Of a DNA stretch of 64,000 nucleotides, positions 62,867 through 64,000 are shown one piece after another (within the stretch, counting starts at the first letter, position 1; each line of letters starts with the position of its first letter). The translations under genes were made by a program, and so were the position numbers. The notes under the pieces were generated by a model. The model was not told where the DNA came from and searched no databases. It worked only from the letters and a program-made list of their open reading frames with translations. The stretch covers positions 312 to 64,311 of the forward strand of contig JBOEGF010000020.1 of assembly GCA_050633305.1 (NCBI GenBank), written 5' to 3'. Source of the DNA: Nannocystales bacterium (GTDB lineage Bacteria; Myxococcota_A; Polyangia; Nannocystales; Nannocystaceae).

Positions 62867-63310
62867 TTAGCTTCGCACGCCAACGTAGACTTGGGCCCGC
62901 TTCGGCTTGCCATCCGGACCCTGCTCCCAGATCTCCACGTCCGCCCCGAACGAGCGCGGTCCGCCGTCGGGCCACTGTGTCCACACGTCCTGCCACGCGG
63001 CGACGACCTGCTCGACCGATCCGTCGGTTTCCCACAGCGCGCATCGCTGTGCGGGCACCTCGACTCGGGCCATGGTCTCCGGCGTGTCGGCGCCGGGTTC
63101 CGCCTCGAACCCGACGGTGACCGTGCACTCGTACCCGTCGGGTCGCACCTCGTAGTCGTGATAGACCGCGACCGCTTCCGCACGCCCCTCGAGCATCCCC
63201 GACGCACCGACCTTGGCCCACAGCGGCCCGATGTCGTCCTTGGCGGTTGCGTGAGAGGTGCGAACGGAGAGGCCGTGCACGACGCGAGCGGTGAGATCTG
63301 CGTGTTTCAT
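62867..63310 (-). CDS. GyrI-like small-molecule-binding protein
   Basis: GLSVRTS...IGPLW...AVYHDYE...AWQDVW...RSFGADVE. Confidence 0.88.
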   Translation of the reverse strand: MKHADLTARVVHGLSVRTSHATAKDDIGPLWAKVGASGMLEGRAEAVAVYHDYEVRPDGYECTVTVGFEAEPGADTPETMARVEVPAQRCALWETDGSVEQVVAAWQDVWTQWPDGGPRSFGADVEIWEQGPDGKPKRAQVYVGVRS

Positions 63311-63557
63311 GGCGACAGTCTATGCGCCGGCGCTGACGGGGTGCTTGACCGCCCGTGCGCTTTTCGGCTGCGCCACGTTCCGCAGCGATCCGTGTTCGAC
63401 CAAGCTCCCCCGATGTGTCTCGCGATCTTTGCAGCCTGTCCCTCGGAGGTCCCGTCGTCGATGAGAACCGTCGCCGTCACCGACACAGTGACCCACGTTG
63501 GGGCCGACTTGAGGGCAACGTTTGCGCCGCGCTCGCCGTGCCCCAGTACCGGCGTCG

Positions 63558-64000
63558 CTACTGCTTCGGCGTGACGCCGCGAACCATCAGCACGCCGTCA
63601 GCACCCGAGAGCACCACGCCCTGCTCCTCCCCAGCGCCCGGCCGTGCGATCGTCTCGAACACCGCCCCGGTCTCGACGACCTGCGTACATGCGCCACCGG
63701 TCGATGCGGCAAACACGACCGACAGATGCCCATCGGTGTGCAAGGACACGACGTCACTCCGACCGTCTCCATCGATGTCACTGACCGTCGAATCGAGTCG
63801 AGCAACGTCAGGCTCGGGCGTGAAGATGGTGTCGGCCTCGACCCCAACACCGAGCTGAAACCGGCCGAGTTCGAGAACTCCGGTTCCCGGCTCATCGAGG
63901 GTGATCAGCCAACTGCCTCGCGCGTCCATGTGCAGCGATCGCGCACTACGACCTGGAGCACCCACCGGCAGTTGGCCGCCGTCGATCAACACCTCGACCT
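63558..64000 (-). CDS. FG-GAP-repeat protein, C-terminal part (5' end outside the window)
   Basis: SDIDGDGRSDVV repeat; ORF runs to the window edge. Confidence 0.65.
   Translation of the reverse strand, partial: VEVLIDGGQLPVGAPGRSARSLHMDARGSWLITLDEPGTGVLELGRFQLGVGVEADTIFTPEPDVARLDSTVSDIDGDGRSDVVSLHTDGHLSVVFAASTGGACTQVVETGAVFETIARPGAGEEQGVVLSGADGVLMVRGVTPKQ

Overview
High-GC bacterial chromosome segment whose gene content looks myxobacterial (probably Nannocystaceae-like): many Cys-rich or Ser/Thr-linker lipoproteins, Ser/Thr kinases with TPRs, PEGA and FG-GAP proteins, and ECF sigma factors. About 55 CDSs; no tRNA, rRNA, CRISPR array or intact mobile element was recognised. Bases 1-9800 form a visibly more AT-rich accessory island directly downstream of acnA. 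It carries a translationally coupled pair (a 'QGD..CDL..IGLP' PemK/MazF-like protein plus an SF1/UvrD-like helicase) that is a candidate undescribed anti-phage system, and a three-gene envelope operon of unknown function. Other highlights: a hidden selenoprotein (membrane-anchored AhpC/TSA-type, W-U-P-Y-C, with a clear SECIS-like hairpin) that the ORF track splits in two; strong C-avoiding synonymous codon use in the 3' end of acnA next to the island; three lipoproteins sharing a C-[LV]-x-x-N-P-x-[YF] motif after the lipobox; a probably catalytically dead lysyl-oxidase homologue; a PAP2-VanZ fusion; and an ACP/KAS-III/GNAT-like mini-operon. All product calls come from reading motifs by eye; no database searches were run.
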